Shown here piece by piece: positions 1-14,020 of a stretch of DNA of 64,000 nt. The stretch lies in NCBI GenBank assembly GCA_963767925.1, contig CAVYGB010000001.1, positions 96,001 through 160,000 on the forward strand. Direction: 5' to 3'. Made by a program: the position numbers and the translations under genes. Under the pieces are notes generated by a model. The model had not been told where the DNA came from. It saw nothing but the letters and a program-made list of their open reading frames with translations, and ran no database searches. Source of the DNA: an uncultured delta proteobacterium (lineage in GTDB: Bacteria > Myxococcota_A > Polyangia > Fen-1088). Positions within the stretch are counted from its first letter, which is position 1; each line of letters starts with the position of its first letter.

Positions 1-610
1 CGAGGAGCAGGCGCCTGCCGCGTTCGAGACGCATCCCTTCGAGATGGCAGTGGCGCCCGCCGACGGCTTGATCGAGACACCGGGGGCCAATCCCCCGGCG
101 TCGGAGCCTTCCGACCCGGTTGCCGGGGTCGTTGTGGCGGTGGCTGAACCCGAGGTGATCGGGTTGGTCTGTGCGACGGCCGCGCCCGAGGAGATGGCGT
201 CGGCCGAAGCGGTGGCCGAACCGGAGGTGGTCGCGTCGGCGGACATCGCGGGGGAGGGGTTCGTGATCGTCGGGCAAGCGGCGGTGGTGGCTGTGCCGGT
301 GGTCGAGGGGAACGGGATCGCGGCGGCGTTCGTGTCGGCGGCGGCCATGGGGCACGTGGCGGCGGCTCGAGCGGAGTTTGCCCCCGCGCCGACCAGCGTG
401 GCCGAGATCCAGACGCAGCCGTTCGAGCGGGCGACAGCCGTGATCTGGCCCGAGCGCACGACCGGCGCGGAGCAGCTCCGGGCGGTGGGGATCCTGCCGA
501 TGGCCCGGCGGCTCGGTACGCCGGCCGCCCCCCGGCGGCCGGCCCCGGCGCCCCCACCCCTCACCGTGCGCTGGCTGCTGTCGAAGATCCGCCGCTGGGC
601 AGGTCTCTGA
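1..610 (+). CDS. Ala/Val/Glu/Pro-rich hypothetical protein, 5'-partial
   Basis: Frame is open from base 2 through the ATG at 44 to TGA at 610; low-complexity sequence ending in WLLSKIRRWAGL. Confidence 0.5.
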   Translation, partial: EEQAPAAFETHPFEMAVAPADGLIETPGANPPASEPSDPVAGVVVAVAEPEVIGLVCATAAPEEMASAEAVAEPEVVASADIAGEGFVIVGQAAVVAVPVVEGNGIAAAFVSAAAMGHVAAARAEFAPAPTSVAEIQTQPFERATAVIWPERTTGAEQLRAVGILPMARRLGTPAAPRRPAPAPPPLTVRWLLSKIRRWAGL

Positions 611-826
611 TCGGCGACCGCTCGCCCTTCGACGGCGAGCTCCCGCGCTCGAAGACGCGCACCCGACGCACAGTCAGAGGTGTCCGTTCCTCCAGAACCA
701 GCCCAGCGCGTGCAGCAGGTGGGTCTTGCCGAGGCCGCCCCCCCCGCCGTAGATGAGGAGATGAAAAACGGGCGAACCCGCGGTGGCTCACCCACCGGCG
801 GGACGCCCGTCCGCTCGCGGTGAGCG

Positions 827-1447
827 CTACTTCTTCGTGGGCTCGGCGGCGAGGTCGTCGAACTGGGCGACGGTGTCGTCCTTGACCCAGACGCCGACCT
901 TGCCGGTCTGGGCCAGGGTGGTGTCCTTGGCGTCGAACTGCTTCTTGCCGTCGACGCTGACGGTGATGGCCGTGCCGACGTGCTCGACGGTCAGGGTGTG
1001 CCAGGTGCCGGGCTTGATGGCGGTGGTGGCCACGCCGGCCAGCTTGCGGCGCTTGCCCCCCACGAAGACGTAGAGGTTGATGTTCTCCTCTTCGGGGTTT
1101 ATGCGGGCGACGTAGTAGTTGTCGGGATCCTGCAGGCGCCAGACGACGCCGGCGGCCTGGTAGCCGCCCGCCTGGGTCTTGATGCGGGCCGAGAGCTTGA
1201 GGTCCCCGAAGGCCTGGTCGCCGGCCACCGCCACGGTGTAGCGATCGTCGGTCTTGTCCTCCTGGGACAGGACGAGCCCCTTGCCGACGCTCTTGCCGTC
1301 GGCGCCGCTCGCCGGGCGGAGCACCCACTTGCCGACGGCGCCTTTCTCGGTAGCCGCAAAGGCGAATCCATTCGGCGGGCTGCCCGCCTTGCCGTCATCG
1401 AAACCCCAGCTCGCGGCGAAGAGCACCAGCGTCACAACCAAAGACAT
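827..1447 (-). CDS. Secreted DUF1080 / family-16 glycoside-hydrolase-like (concanavalin fold) protein
   Basis: AAGGAGG RBS before ATG at 1447; hydrophobic signal peptide; motifs AGVVWRLQDPDNYY, WHTLTVEHVG, GKVGVW, FDDL. Confidence 0.75.
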   Translation of the reverse strand: MSLVVTLVLFAASWGFDDGKAGSPPNGFAFAATEKGAVGKWVLRPASGADGKSVGKGLVLSQEDKTDDRYTVAVAGDQAFGDLKLSARIKTQAGGYQAAGVVWRLQDPDNYYVARINPEEENINLYVFVGGKRRKLAGVATTAIKPGTWHTLTVEHVGTAITVSVDGKKQFDAKDTTLAQTGKVGVWVKDDTVAQFDDLAAEPTKK

Positions 1448-1574
1448 GAAGAGCCTCCTTTTCGAGTCGTTCCGGGCGCGGGCCCGCCACTTCGAGGCCT
1501 GAATATGAATATTGGTTTCATCTAATGTCAACCCGCCGGGCATATCCAGGCGCCGGTGGGTGACGATCGGACGA

Positions 1575-2387
1575 TCAGAAGACCGCGCCGAAGCCGAGAT
1601 AAGCCAGCGCGCCAACGCGGGTATCGTTCTCGAGGCGCATGCGGATGGCCGAGAGGCCGCCGCCGCCGGTCACTGCGAATCGGCCGAAGGTCACGGTGGC
1701 GGCCGGGCCGGCCAGCAGCTCCCAGTCCGGCTCGCCCGCCGGCTCGTCGCTGTCGCGCTCGAGATCGATGCGGAAGCGGGAGTCGAGGCCCAGGCGCAGG
1801 TTGCCGGTGACCCGGTACAGCGCCGCCAGGCGCGTGTCGCCGTAGTGCTCGCCCTCCTCGAGGCCGAGCCCGTAGCCGGCGTTGCCGAGCAGGTAGAGGT
1901 CGCCGAAGCCGCGCCCGATGGCGACCAGGGCGCCCGCGGCCGGGACCGTGTTGAACCCGTGGGGCTCGTAGCCGGCCGACACGGCCAGATCGATGCCGTG
2001 GCGCTCCTGGCGGAGGGCGTCCAGCTTGGCGGAGACGATCGGCCGCATCTTGCCGTTGGGGCCGACGTAGCTGCCGCCCGCGCGAATCGACAGCGGGCCC
2101 AGCAGGCGCGCCTCGACAACGCTCTCGAAGGCGACCCCGCCCTTGGCGCCGTCGTAGCCGCCCAGGACGTGCGCGAGGCCGCCCTGGCGGTCGCTGCGCG
2201 CGGCCATGCTCCAGGGGGCCAGGCCGCCGCTGTCGGCGGTCCGCGCCGCGCTCGCCGGGCGGGCAGCGCCGTCGTCGCGGGCGAGCTGGGCCAGCGCCGG
2301 GGTCGCGCCGATCGCGATCAGACTTGTCAGGCCGGTCAGGCAGCCGGTGATCCACAGCGAAACGAAGCTTCGGTTTCTAGCGGTCAT
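1575..2387 (-). CDS. Secreted protein, probable outer-membrane beta-barrel
   Basis: Signal peptide ending ALA-Q; alternating amphipathic strands; C-terminal YLGFGAVF; GGGAG RBS. Confidence 0.55.
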   Translation of the reverse strand: MTARNRSFVSLWITGCLTGLTSLIAIGATPALAQLARDDGAARPASAARTADSGGLAPWSMAARSDRQGGLAHVLGGYDGAKGGVAFESVVEARLLGPLSIRAGGSYVGPNGKMRPIVSAKLDALRQERHGIDLAVSAGYEPHGFNTVPAAGALVAIGRGFGDLYLLGNAGYGLGLEEGEHYGDTRLAALYRVTGNLRLGLDSRFRIDLERDSDEPAGEPDWELLAGPAATVTFGRFAVTGGGGLSAIRMRLENDTRVGALAYLGFGAVF

Positions 2388-2699
2388 CGTTGGTCTCCCG
2401 TCGACGTGGTCTCCCGTCGGCCGGACCATAGCCCGGGGCGCCCCTCCGGTCAGCGCCGATCTCGACCGCGGAAAGGTTCCCCCGGGCGCCCCCAGGATCC
2501 CTCTGTGATCCCGGCCGGTCCTGGCCCTGGTCGCCGCTCGTAAGAAGAACCGGGCAAACCCGAGCGCCGGGCCGCGGCCGGGTCGGCCGGTGCCTACATT
2601 CGTGGCATGGGCAAGGAGGGTGGCGGTGGGGAGGGGGCGCGTGGCAATGGCGGTGGTGGGGGGACGGTCGGTCGTGGAGAAGACGCCGGCGACCGGGGC

Positions 2700-2875
2700 G
2701 CCCCGCGGACACGTCGTGTTGCCACCGCCAGATCCCAGGTTCGACGGGGTCATTGGCACGACCTACAAGGACTCCCAGCTGGGGGGACCTTCCCTGTCTC
2801 CAGGGCGCCGGAGGGCGCGCCGAACGTGCTGCTGGTGGTGATCGACGACCGCGGCTTTGGCGGCTTCGGTTGCCA
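2700..2875 (+). pseudogene. N-terminal fragment of an arylsulfatase (frameshifted, truncated)
   Basis: LPPPDPRFDGVIGTTYKDS followed, in another frame, by FPVSRAPEGAPNVLLVVIDDRGFG; the rest of the sulfatase is absent. Confidence 0.65.
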
Positions 2876-2895
2876 CCTCAGGCGTATAACTGAAT

Positions 2896-3573
2896 ATGCA
2901 AGTCAAAGTCAAGATTGGGCCAGCCCGGCGTCGTGCGTCGGGCGGCCTGCGGCTCGGGCCTCGCCGGTGGCTCGCGGGGGAGCGGGAATGCGGGCATACT
3001 GGTCGACCAGCCGTGTCACCGAACCGACGTGATCTCCTCGTCTCTCCCCTGAAGACAGTTGCCCTCCTGCTCGGGCTCACCCTGGCGTTCCTGCTGCCGG
3101 CGGCGTGCACCTCGCGGGCGCTGAAGAACAGCCGGAACTCGCGGAAGATGTTCATCGAGTCGATCCAGCGCGCGGGGCGGTCGCCGACGGGGGTGTTCGA
3201 CATGCGGGAGCTGCTCCCCTTCGCGTGGGATCGCTTCCTGGTGTTGCCGGCCAACGCCCACGCCGCAGAAGTGAACAGCAAGCTGGGGTTTCAGTGGGAC
3301 GACCTCAACAAGAGCCGCAGCCAGATCCTGCCGCAGTTCCTGCTGCTGGTGTTCGTAAAGGGGCAGAAGGTGGCGGCCTGGATAGATCTCGACCGCAACC
3401 GTTACAGCTTCGAGCCGTTCCTGGACCGGGGGTACGTCGCCCGCGCCGACTCGCTGTTCGACATCCGGGGCGCCGGACGGCGGCGGGTGGAGATCTCCCC
3501 GCGCCGCGGGACCTCCACCACGACCTCCTCGACCCCCCCGCCGCGAGAGCCGGCGCCGAGCGGCCCGCCCTGA
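2896..3573 (+). CDS. Hypothetical lipoprotein (true start probably later, about 3030-3050)
   Basis: Hydrophobic stretch ending in lipobox-like LPAAC; globular body FAWDRFLVL...FLLLVFVKGQKV. Confidence 0.5.
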   Translation: MQVKVKIGPARRRASGGLRLGPRRWLAGERECGHTGRPAVSPNRRDLLVSPLKTVALLLGLTLAFLLPAACTSRALKNSRNSRKMFIESIQRAGRSPTGVFDMRELLPFAWDRFLVLPANAHAAEVNSKLGFQWDDLNKSRSQILPQFLLLVFVKGQKVAAWIDLDRNRYSFEPFLDRGYVARADSLFDIRGAGRRRVEISPRRGTSTTTSSTPPPREPAPSGPP

Positions 3574-3791
3574 GGGGTGGGCGGCAGGGCGGGCGACGCG
3601 GGGCGGGTCTTAACCATATTGCGTCCCGGCGGGTCGGAGGAGGGACGTTCTGCCGACGTGAGCCCGTCGGTGCGTGCGCGGCGACGCCGACCCGCTCGGC
3701 GCGAAGCTGCGCGGGGGGTGAGATCCCCGCGAAACTCCTCGAAGCGACGCCGGGCCCGCGTTAAACACAAGAGCCCAGCGGCAGGCCCCCC

Positions 3792-4930
3792 ATGATCCTC
3801 ACAGCACAAACATCCAGAATCGCCGTCCTGCTCGCGGGGCTCCTGCTGTCGTCGTGTGGCAAGACCGAGGCGACCGGCGCGGCCGGTCGGGCCCGCCCGG
3901 ACGCCGCGGCCCGCTCGGTGAAGGTGGTGCGGGTCGAGGGTCGCGCCATGGAGCGCTTGCTGCAGGTGGTCGGCACGCTGTCGGCCCACGAGGAGGCCAC
4001 CGTCGCCGCCCAGGTGGCCGGGCAGATCGAGCGGGCGTATGTCGACGTGGGGGATCGGACCAAGGCCGGGACAGCGCATGGCCTCGATCGACACGAGCGC
4101 CTACCAGGCCCTGGTCCGCCAGGCGGCGGCCAACCTGGCCCGCGCCCAGGCCCGCGCCGACAACGTGCGAGCAGACGCTGCGCGCGGGTGCAGCAACTGC
4201 AGAAGGATCGCTTCGCCCCCGCCAGCGAGCTGGACCAGGCGGTGGCCGAGTCGGCCGCGGCCAGGGCCGAGGTCAAGTCGGCGGAGGCGGCCGCCGCCAT
4301 CGCCCGTCTCGAACCTCGAGCGATCGCAGGTCAAGGCCCCCTTCGACGGGGCGGTGGCCGAGCGCATCGCCAGCAGCGGGGACTACGTGGCGGTGGGCGC
4401 GCCGATCGTTTCGCCTCGTGCAGACCGATCCGCTGCGGCTGCGGCTGCAGGTGCCCGAGCGCGAGTCGCCGGCCGTGCGCCTGGGCCAGACGGTGCGGGT
4501 CACGATCGAGGGCGACGCCGAGATCCACCTCGGGCGGGTCACCCGCATCGCCCCCTCGATCCGGGAGAGCGATCGCGTCCTGCAGGTGGAGGCCGACATC
4601 CCCAACGAGGGCGGGCTGCGCGCCGGCCTGTTCGCCCGGGCGGAGGTCGTCATCAGCGATCAGGACCAGGCCATCAGCGTGCCGCCGCGGGCCCTGGTCA
4701 CCTTCGCCGGCCTCGAGAAGGTCGTCGTCGTCAAGGGCGGCAAGGCGACCGAGAAGACCGTCGTCACCGGGCGCCGGGGCGACGGCTGGGTGGAGATCGT
4801 CTCCGGGCTGGCCGCGGGCGACGTCGTCGCGATCGAGCCGGCCGGCCTGCGCACCGGGCAGCCGGTGCGGGCGATCGACACGCCGGCGCCGGGCGGCGGG
4901 GCCGGGGCCGGGGGCGAAGGCAGCTACTAG
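3792..4930 (+). CDS. RND efflux periplasmic adaptor (MFP) lipoprotein, several apparent frameshifts
   Basis: Lipobox LLSSC; VVGTL..EEATVAAQVAGQI..VDVGD, VKAPFDG and GLRAGLFARAEV motifs lie in different frames between about 4060 and 4420. Confidence 0.85.
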
Positions 4931-4951
4931 CCGACCGCGGAACGATAAGCG

Positions 4952-8148
<3,197 letters not shown>

Positions 8149-8156
8149 CGGTCCGA

Positions 8157-8534
8157 CTACTCGCTGAGGTGGGCGTCGACCGAGCTGAGGCCGGGGACGT
8201 CGCGCACCGTGCGCGCGAAGTGGAAGTGCCGGCCGAGGGCAGCCGCCGCGGTGGCCACCCCGAGTCGGACGATGGGGTGGATCTTGGCCCCCACGATCCA
8301 GATGTCGGTGATCTGGCGGCGGTGCCGGGCCAGCCACTCCTGCCACAGCTTGCGTACGGCCGGGTCGTAGCCGGTCATCACCGAGACGTCGGCCACGAAG
8401 ACGTAGCGTCCGGCCGGGTCGAGGAGGTGTTGCATGGCCGCCACGGCCGGCTCCGCGTCGGACAGCTCCCAGCGGCCCGGGGGAATCGTCAGCACCAGCA
8501 GACCGTTGGTGGTCCTCGCGACCCTGGACTGCAT
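8157..8534 (-). CDS. STAS/SpoIIAA-like small protein
   Basis: FVADVSVMTGYDPAVRKLW...IWIVG..PIVRLG pattern; GGAAAGG RBS. Confidence 0.55.
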   Translation of the reverse strand: MQSRVARTTNGLLVLTIPPGRWELSDAEPAVAAMQHLLDPAGRYVFVADVSVMTGYDPAVRKLWQEWLARHRRQITDIWIVGAKIHPIVRLGVATAAAALGRHFHFARTVRDVPGLSSVDAHLSE

Positions 8535-8712
8535 ACCTTTCCTTCCACCATCGGTGGTTCGGGGGGGCGGCTTGACGGAGCCTCCCGCGACGGGGCGCTC
8601 ACCGAGGGGGGCGACGCGGATCCAAACGCACCCCGGCAGGAAAGCCACACGGGGCGCTGGCCAGGGGTCGCGCCGGTGGAGCAGAATCGACGTCGGGGGC
8701 GGGCGCGCGACG

Positions 8713-9690
<978 letters not shown>

Positions 9691-9737
9691 CCCGCCGCTC
9701 GGGCGGCCTGCGGCGGCCCGGGGTATAAGAGCGCCCG

Positions 9738-10244
9738 ATGCCGCCATCCGAATCGGCCTGTCCGGGTTGCGGCGCCGTGTTGCCGGTGGTGGGTGGGGCG
9801 ACCAATCCCTACCGGGGGGCGTCGCCAGCCTGCTGGGCCCGGGCGGGCGACGTGCTGGCCCGCGAGTTCGGCGAATACGACTACCCGCCGGTGCACCGGC
9901 TGACCGTCGACGCCTATATGGCCCAGCACCCCGGGGGCGAGGTCCCGGGCGCGGTGCGCTCGGTGGCGATCCACCTCATGGCCCTGCACCTGGTCTTCGA
10001 GCGCGGCTACAGCCTGAACGCCACCGACCAGGCCATGCGTGTCCTCGCCCGCCGCGATCAGCCGCTCGTCCACCTGCCGCGCCCCGAGTCGCTCGGCCCC
10101 CTCACCGTCCTGGAGGTGGTCGGCGCGCCCTCGGTCGAGCAGCACACCGAGCGGGTGTGGCTGTGGGCCCGCTCGGTCTGGTCGGCCTGGCACCCGCAGC
10201 ACGCCACCATCCGCGCCTGGTGCCAGGCGCTGCCCCTGCCGTGA
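9738..10244 (+). CDS. DUF5946-like protein
   Basis: CPGCG, ASPACW, HRLTVDAYMAQHP and SVAIHL motifs. Confidence 0.7.
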   Translation: MPPSESACPGCGAVLPVVGGATNPYRGASPACWARAGDVLAREFGEYDYPPVHRLTVDAYMAQHPGGEVPGAVRSVAIHLMALHLVFERGYSLNATDQAMRVLARRDQPLVHLPRPESLGPLTVLEVVGAPSVEQHTERVWLWARSVWSAWHPQHATIRAWCQALPLP

Positions 10245-10325
10245 GCCGCGGGGCTCGGGCGCGGTCCCTCTCAAGCGCAGGCCTGAGCGGTCCGATGTGG
10301 CCTCCGGTACGAGAAGGAGGCTGCT

Positions 10326-10961
10326 GTGACGCGGAGCTGGGCGTGGGGCGTGATCGGGCTGTGGTCGAGTGTGGGGCTGCTCGGGTGCGATCCGTGTGAT
10401 GTGGACGCGACCAGCCCCGAGTGCACGGGGGTCCATCCCGTGACGGTGACGGTGGAGCTGCAGAGCGCGCTCATCGGGCCGGGCAAGCTGGATCGCACGG
10501 CCTGGGATGGGGACGGGACGATGGTGTCGACGGAGGTGTGGTCGCAGCTCGCCACGGCGCTGGCGGGGGCCAATCCCTACGCAGCGGCGGCGGCGCTGCT
10601 GGTCAACCCGGTGCTGGCGGGAACCAAGGCCCCGGATCCGCTGGGGACGGCGCGGCTCGATGTCGGGCAGGGCATCGGCCTGACGATCACCCTGGCCGAT
10701 CCCGCCACCAACATGGAGGACACCTACGCCACCACCTGGAGCTGGCCGGCCATCTGGCAGAAGGTGCCGATCGACATGCCCCTGCGCATCCGGGTCAGCC
10801 TCACCGACGAGGACCTGGTCAACCACGACGCCATCGGCGTGGCCGAGCTGAACAACAGCCACCTGCGCGCCGCCCTGATGGCCGGGCAGGTCTACCACGT
10901 GCCGGTAGCCGACCAGACCAACCAGCAGATCCTGTTCCTGGGGATCTCCGTCCGTCAGTAG
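10326..10961 (+). CDS. Lipoprotein with a C2-like domain
   Basis: AAGGAGG RBS; lipobox LLGC; PDP.G and LRIRVSLTDEDLVNHDAIG motifs. Confidence 0.6.
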   Translation: MTRSWAWGVIGLWSSVGLLGCDPCDVDATSPECTGVHPVTVTVELQSALIGPGKLDRTAWDGDGTMVSTEVWSQLATALAGANPYAAAAALLVNPVLAGTKAPDPLGTARLDVGQGIGLTITLADPATNMEDTYATTWSWPAIWQKVPIDMPLRIRVSLTDEDLVNHDAIGVAELNNSHLRAALMAGQVYHVPVADQTNQQILFLGISVRQ

Positions 10962-10964
10962 GGC

Positions 10965-11436
10965 CTGGCAGGCCCTGCGCCAGGCGCTGGTCAACGTCGT
11001 CGGCAACGCCCTCGAATACGGCGGCCCGCAGCCGGTGGTGACGGTGCGGATCGCCGAGGTGGAGACGCCGGCCGGACCGGAGGCGCGGGTCGCCGTCACC
11101 GACAGGGGCATCGGCATCCCCGCCTCGAGCTGCGCCACATCTTCGAGCCCTTCTTCCGCGGGCGCGAGGCGCTCGGCCAGCAGATCCACGGCACCGGGCT
11201 GGGGCTGTCCCTGGTGACCCGGGTCATGAAGGCCCACGGCGGCCACGTCTCGGTCGAGAGCACCCCCGCGCGCGGCACCTGCTTCACCCTGCGCCTGCCG
11301 GCCCGCCCCGGCGCCGGGGGGCAGCGGGGTCGACGTCTGCAGCCAGCTCCGCGCCCGGGGCGTGACGACGCCGGTGATCATGTCGACCGCGCGCTCGGCG
11401 GTGGTCGACAAGGTCATCGGGCTCAAGATGTCGGGT
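10965..11436 (+). pseudogene. Remnant of a histidine kinase HATPase domain joined to an internal response-regulator fragment
   Basis: [24 protein letters not shown] / [30 protein letters not shown], then [34 protein letters not shown]; no start codon, frameshifted. Confidence 0.75.
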
Positions 11437-11676
11437 AGCGCCACGCCCTTCGAACCGCCGACCCTCCCCTCACCCTGGGCTGCCTGACCCGTCCCCTGGC
11501 GATCGCCCCGGGGGCGGGTGTTCGCTACCCAGGCACAGTGTTCCCGGTCCCCAGTCACGTGATTCCTGGAGGCTCTCCGGGGAGTCCGCCGGGAAAAGGA
11601 CGTCGTTCCGGGGTTGTCGGGCGCGGCCCGGGCGGACAGGGCCTGGCACGGGTTGTGCGATGTCCGGGATCGCACC

Positions 11677-12891
11677 ATGAGCCCGGTCGTCGTCACAACC
11701 TGCCCCGCGCCCCTCGAGACGGCGCTGCTCTCGGGCGCCACCCGGCTGAAGCTGTTCTACGCCTGCTTCTTCGTTTGCCAGGGCGTATCGGTGCCGTTTC
11801 TCCCGAGTTACCTGCGCGGGCTGGGGTTCTCCGGCCGCGAGGTCTCGCTGCTGATGTCGGTGGGGCCGCTGTTCTTCCTGGCGGTGCCGCTCGGCTGGGG
11901 CTGGCTCGCCGATCGCACCCGCAAGCCGCACCTGCTGCTGCGGGTGGCCTGCGCGGGCGCCGCCTTGCTGATGGCGCCCGTCGCGGGCGTGACCGCGCTG
12001 CCCGCGCTGCTGGCGCTGTTCGCCGCCCACCAGCTCTTCGCGGTGCCGATCGGCAGCCTGACCGACAGCCTGGCCCTCGATCAGATGCGGCGCACGGGGG
12101 GCAACTACACCCGGGTGCGGCTGTGGGGCTCGGCCAGCTTCCTCACCGTGTGCGCCACCTTGGGGCTGGTGCTCGAGGCCCGCGGCGGCGCGGGTGGCGA
12201 TCCCCTGGTGCCGGGGCTGATCTGCGCCGGCTTCGCCCTGGCCGCCATCGCCGCCCTGGGGCTGCGGGGCGAGCCGGGCCGCCCGGCGCCGCAGCTGCAC
12301 CAGGTGCGGGCCCTCCTGCGCGCCCCCCGCTTCCTCTTCATCCTCGTGCTGGGCTTCCTGCACTGGACGGCGCTGGCCCCCCAGAACGGCTTCTTCGGCA
12401 TCCTCGCCACCGACCGGGGCTTCGGGGCCAGCACCATCGGCACCGGGTTCTTCGTCGGCATGGCGGCCGAGGTGGCGGCCTTCGCCTTTTACCCGCGCCT
12501 GGCCCGCCGCTTTCGCCTCGAGACGCTGCTGGTGCTGATGGCCGCCGCCACCGCCCTGCGCTGGCTGCTCACCGCCGGCGCCCTCGGCGCCCTCTCCGCC
12601 CCGGCCCTGCTGGCCGTGCAGCTCCTGCACGGCCTGAGCTTCGCGGTGTTCTGGGCCTCCGCCCTGACCTGGCTGGGCGAGGCGGTGCCCCCGGCGCTGC
12701 GCGCGACCGGCCAGGCGATGTTCACCGCCGCCACCTTCGGGCTCGGCAGCCTGACCGGCTTCACCGCCAGCGGCTGGCTCTACGACCGCACCGGCGGCGC
12801 CGAGGCGGCCTTCCTGGCCGCCGCCGCCCTCGAGCTCGTCCCGCTGGCCATGGCCCTGGCGGCCCGCCGGCGAACCCTCCGTCCCGCCTGA
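11677..12891 (+). CDS. MFS transporter (MFS_1_like, HcaT-type)
   Basis: About 12 hydrophobic helices; WGWLADR, YTRVRLWGS and VQLLHG motifs. Confidence 0.85.
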   Translation: MSPVVVTTCPAPLETALLSGATRLKLFYACFFVCQGVSVPFLPSYLRGLGFSGREVSLLMSVGPLFFLAVPLGWGWLADRTRKPHLLLRVACAGAALLMAPVAGVTALPALLALFAAHQLFAVPIGSLTDSLALDQMRRTGGNYTRVRLWGSASFLTVCATLGLVLEARGGAGGDPLVPGLICAGFALAAIAALGLRGEPGRPAPQLHQVRALLRAPRFLFILVLGFLHWTALAPQNGFFGILATDRGFGASTIGTGFFVGMAAEVAAFAFYPRLARRFRLETLLVLMAAATALRWLLTAGALGALSAPALLAVQLLHGLSFAVFWASALTWLGEAVPPALRATGQAMFTAATFGLGSLTGFTASGWLYDRTGGAEAAFLAAAALELVPLAMALAARRRTLRPA

Positions 12892-12938
12892 AAACCACCT
12901 GCCCGACAACCCCCGCTCACGAAACAAGGAGACGCACG

Positions 12939-13823
12939 ATGAAAAGGACATGGATGGCCCTCGTGACCCAGCCCGAGTATTTCCCCGGCCTGGAGGTCCT
13001 CGCGAAGGCGCTGCGGGTGCACGGATCGAAATACCCGCTGCACATCCTCGTGACCGACAACATCTCGCACGCCTGGCGCGATCAGATGCGCGACGAGGGC
13101 TGCACCATCAAGGAGATCGAGCGCCTCATCCCCCCCAGCCTGACGCCCGAGGCCTACCTCAACCCGAACTTCGCCGAGGTCTGGACCAAGCTGCGCGTCT
13201 GGGAGGAGGACCAGTTCGACCAGGCCGTCTACCTCGACTCCGACATGCTCATCACCAAGAACATCGACGAGCTGTTCGAGATCGACAGCAAGCTGGCCTC
13301 GGTCCAGGCCTGCATCTGCAACCCCTTCAAGGTGCCCCGGGTCTCCCCCTTCTTCACCCCCGAGGCCTGCCCCTACTCCGATCACAACCTCACCGACGAG
13401 CTCCGCCGCACCGGCACCGTCGACCTGGCCAAGCTCGACCCGCGCGGCCGCTACTTCAACGCCGGCTTTTTCATCTTCAAGCCCGACCGCAACGAGTTCG
13501 CCAAGATGATGGCCGCCCTGCAGACCTGGGACGACTCCAATACCGCCTTCGCCGAGCAGGATTTCCTCAACGTCCTTTACGCCGGCCAGTGGGACTCGGT
13601 GCCCTATTACTACAACACGCTGAAGACCTGGGATCACGCCCACTCGGCCATCTTCGACCTCAGCAAGATCAAGATCATTCACTACATCCGGGCCAAGCCC
13701 TGGCAGGACGACCCCACCAACAAGCGTTACGAGCACCTCAACAAGCTCTGGTGGGACATGCGCAACCTCAACACCCGCCCCGCCGCTCCCGCCCCCACCC
13801 CCGCGACGACCGTCGCGCTGTAG
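12939..13823 (+). CDS. Glycosyltransferase family 8 (galactinol synthase/glycogenin-like)
   Basis: AAGGAG RBS; WTKLRVW, YLDSD (DxD), YFNAG, FAEQDFLN and IIHY..AKPW motifs. Confidence 0.9.
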   Translation: MKRTWMALVTQPEYFPGLEVLAKALRVHGSKYPLHILVTDNISHAWRDQMRDEGCTIKEIERLIPPSLTPEAYLNPNFAEVWTKLRVWEEDQFDQAVYLDSDMLITKNIDELFEIDSKLASVQACICNPFKVPRVSPFFTPEACPYSDHNLTDELRRTGTVDLAKLDPRGRYFNAGFFIFKPDRNEFAKMMAALQTWDDSNTAFAEQDFLNVLYAGQWDSVPYYYNTLKTWDHAHSAIFDLSKIKIIHYIRAKPWQDDPTNKRYEHLNKLWWDMRNLNTRPAAPAPTPATTVAL

Positions 13824-13873
13824 TCTTGCTGAGGATCCGCTCGGAGCAGAGAGGGTCAACCCTCGCGCAGCCG

Positions 13874-13923
13874 CCCCTCACCCTTCCTTCTCCCCACGGA
13901 AGACCGCGGGGAGAGGGCAAACG
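13874..13923 (+). repeat. REP-like hairpin element, copy 1
   Basis: CCCCTCACCCTTCCTTCTCCCC-acggaagaccgc-GGGGAGAGGGCAAACG. Confidence 0.7.
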
Positions 13924-14020
13924 GGCAGCGGGTTGTCGGGCTGAATAGCGTTCCGGCTAGCCCTCGAGAGGGCAAACGGGCAGCGGGTTGTCGGGCTGAA
14001 TAGCGTCGCGGCTAGCCCTC
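13911..14020. repeat. Tandem duplication, 2 x 55 bp, including the sigma-factor stop codon
   Basis: GAGAGGGCAAACGGGCAGCGGGTTGTCGGGCTGAATAGCGT..CGGCTAGCCCTC occurs at 13911 and 13966. Confidence 0.9.

Noticed and set aside
11538..13823. 761-aa GT8 fusion protein
   Set aside because: The upstream part is an alternative frame of the MFS gene; GT8 has its own RBS and ATG at 12939
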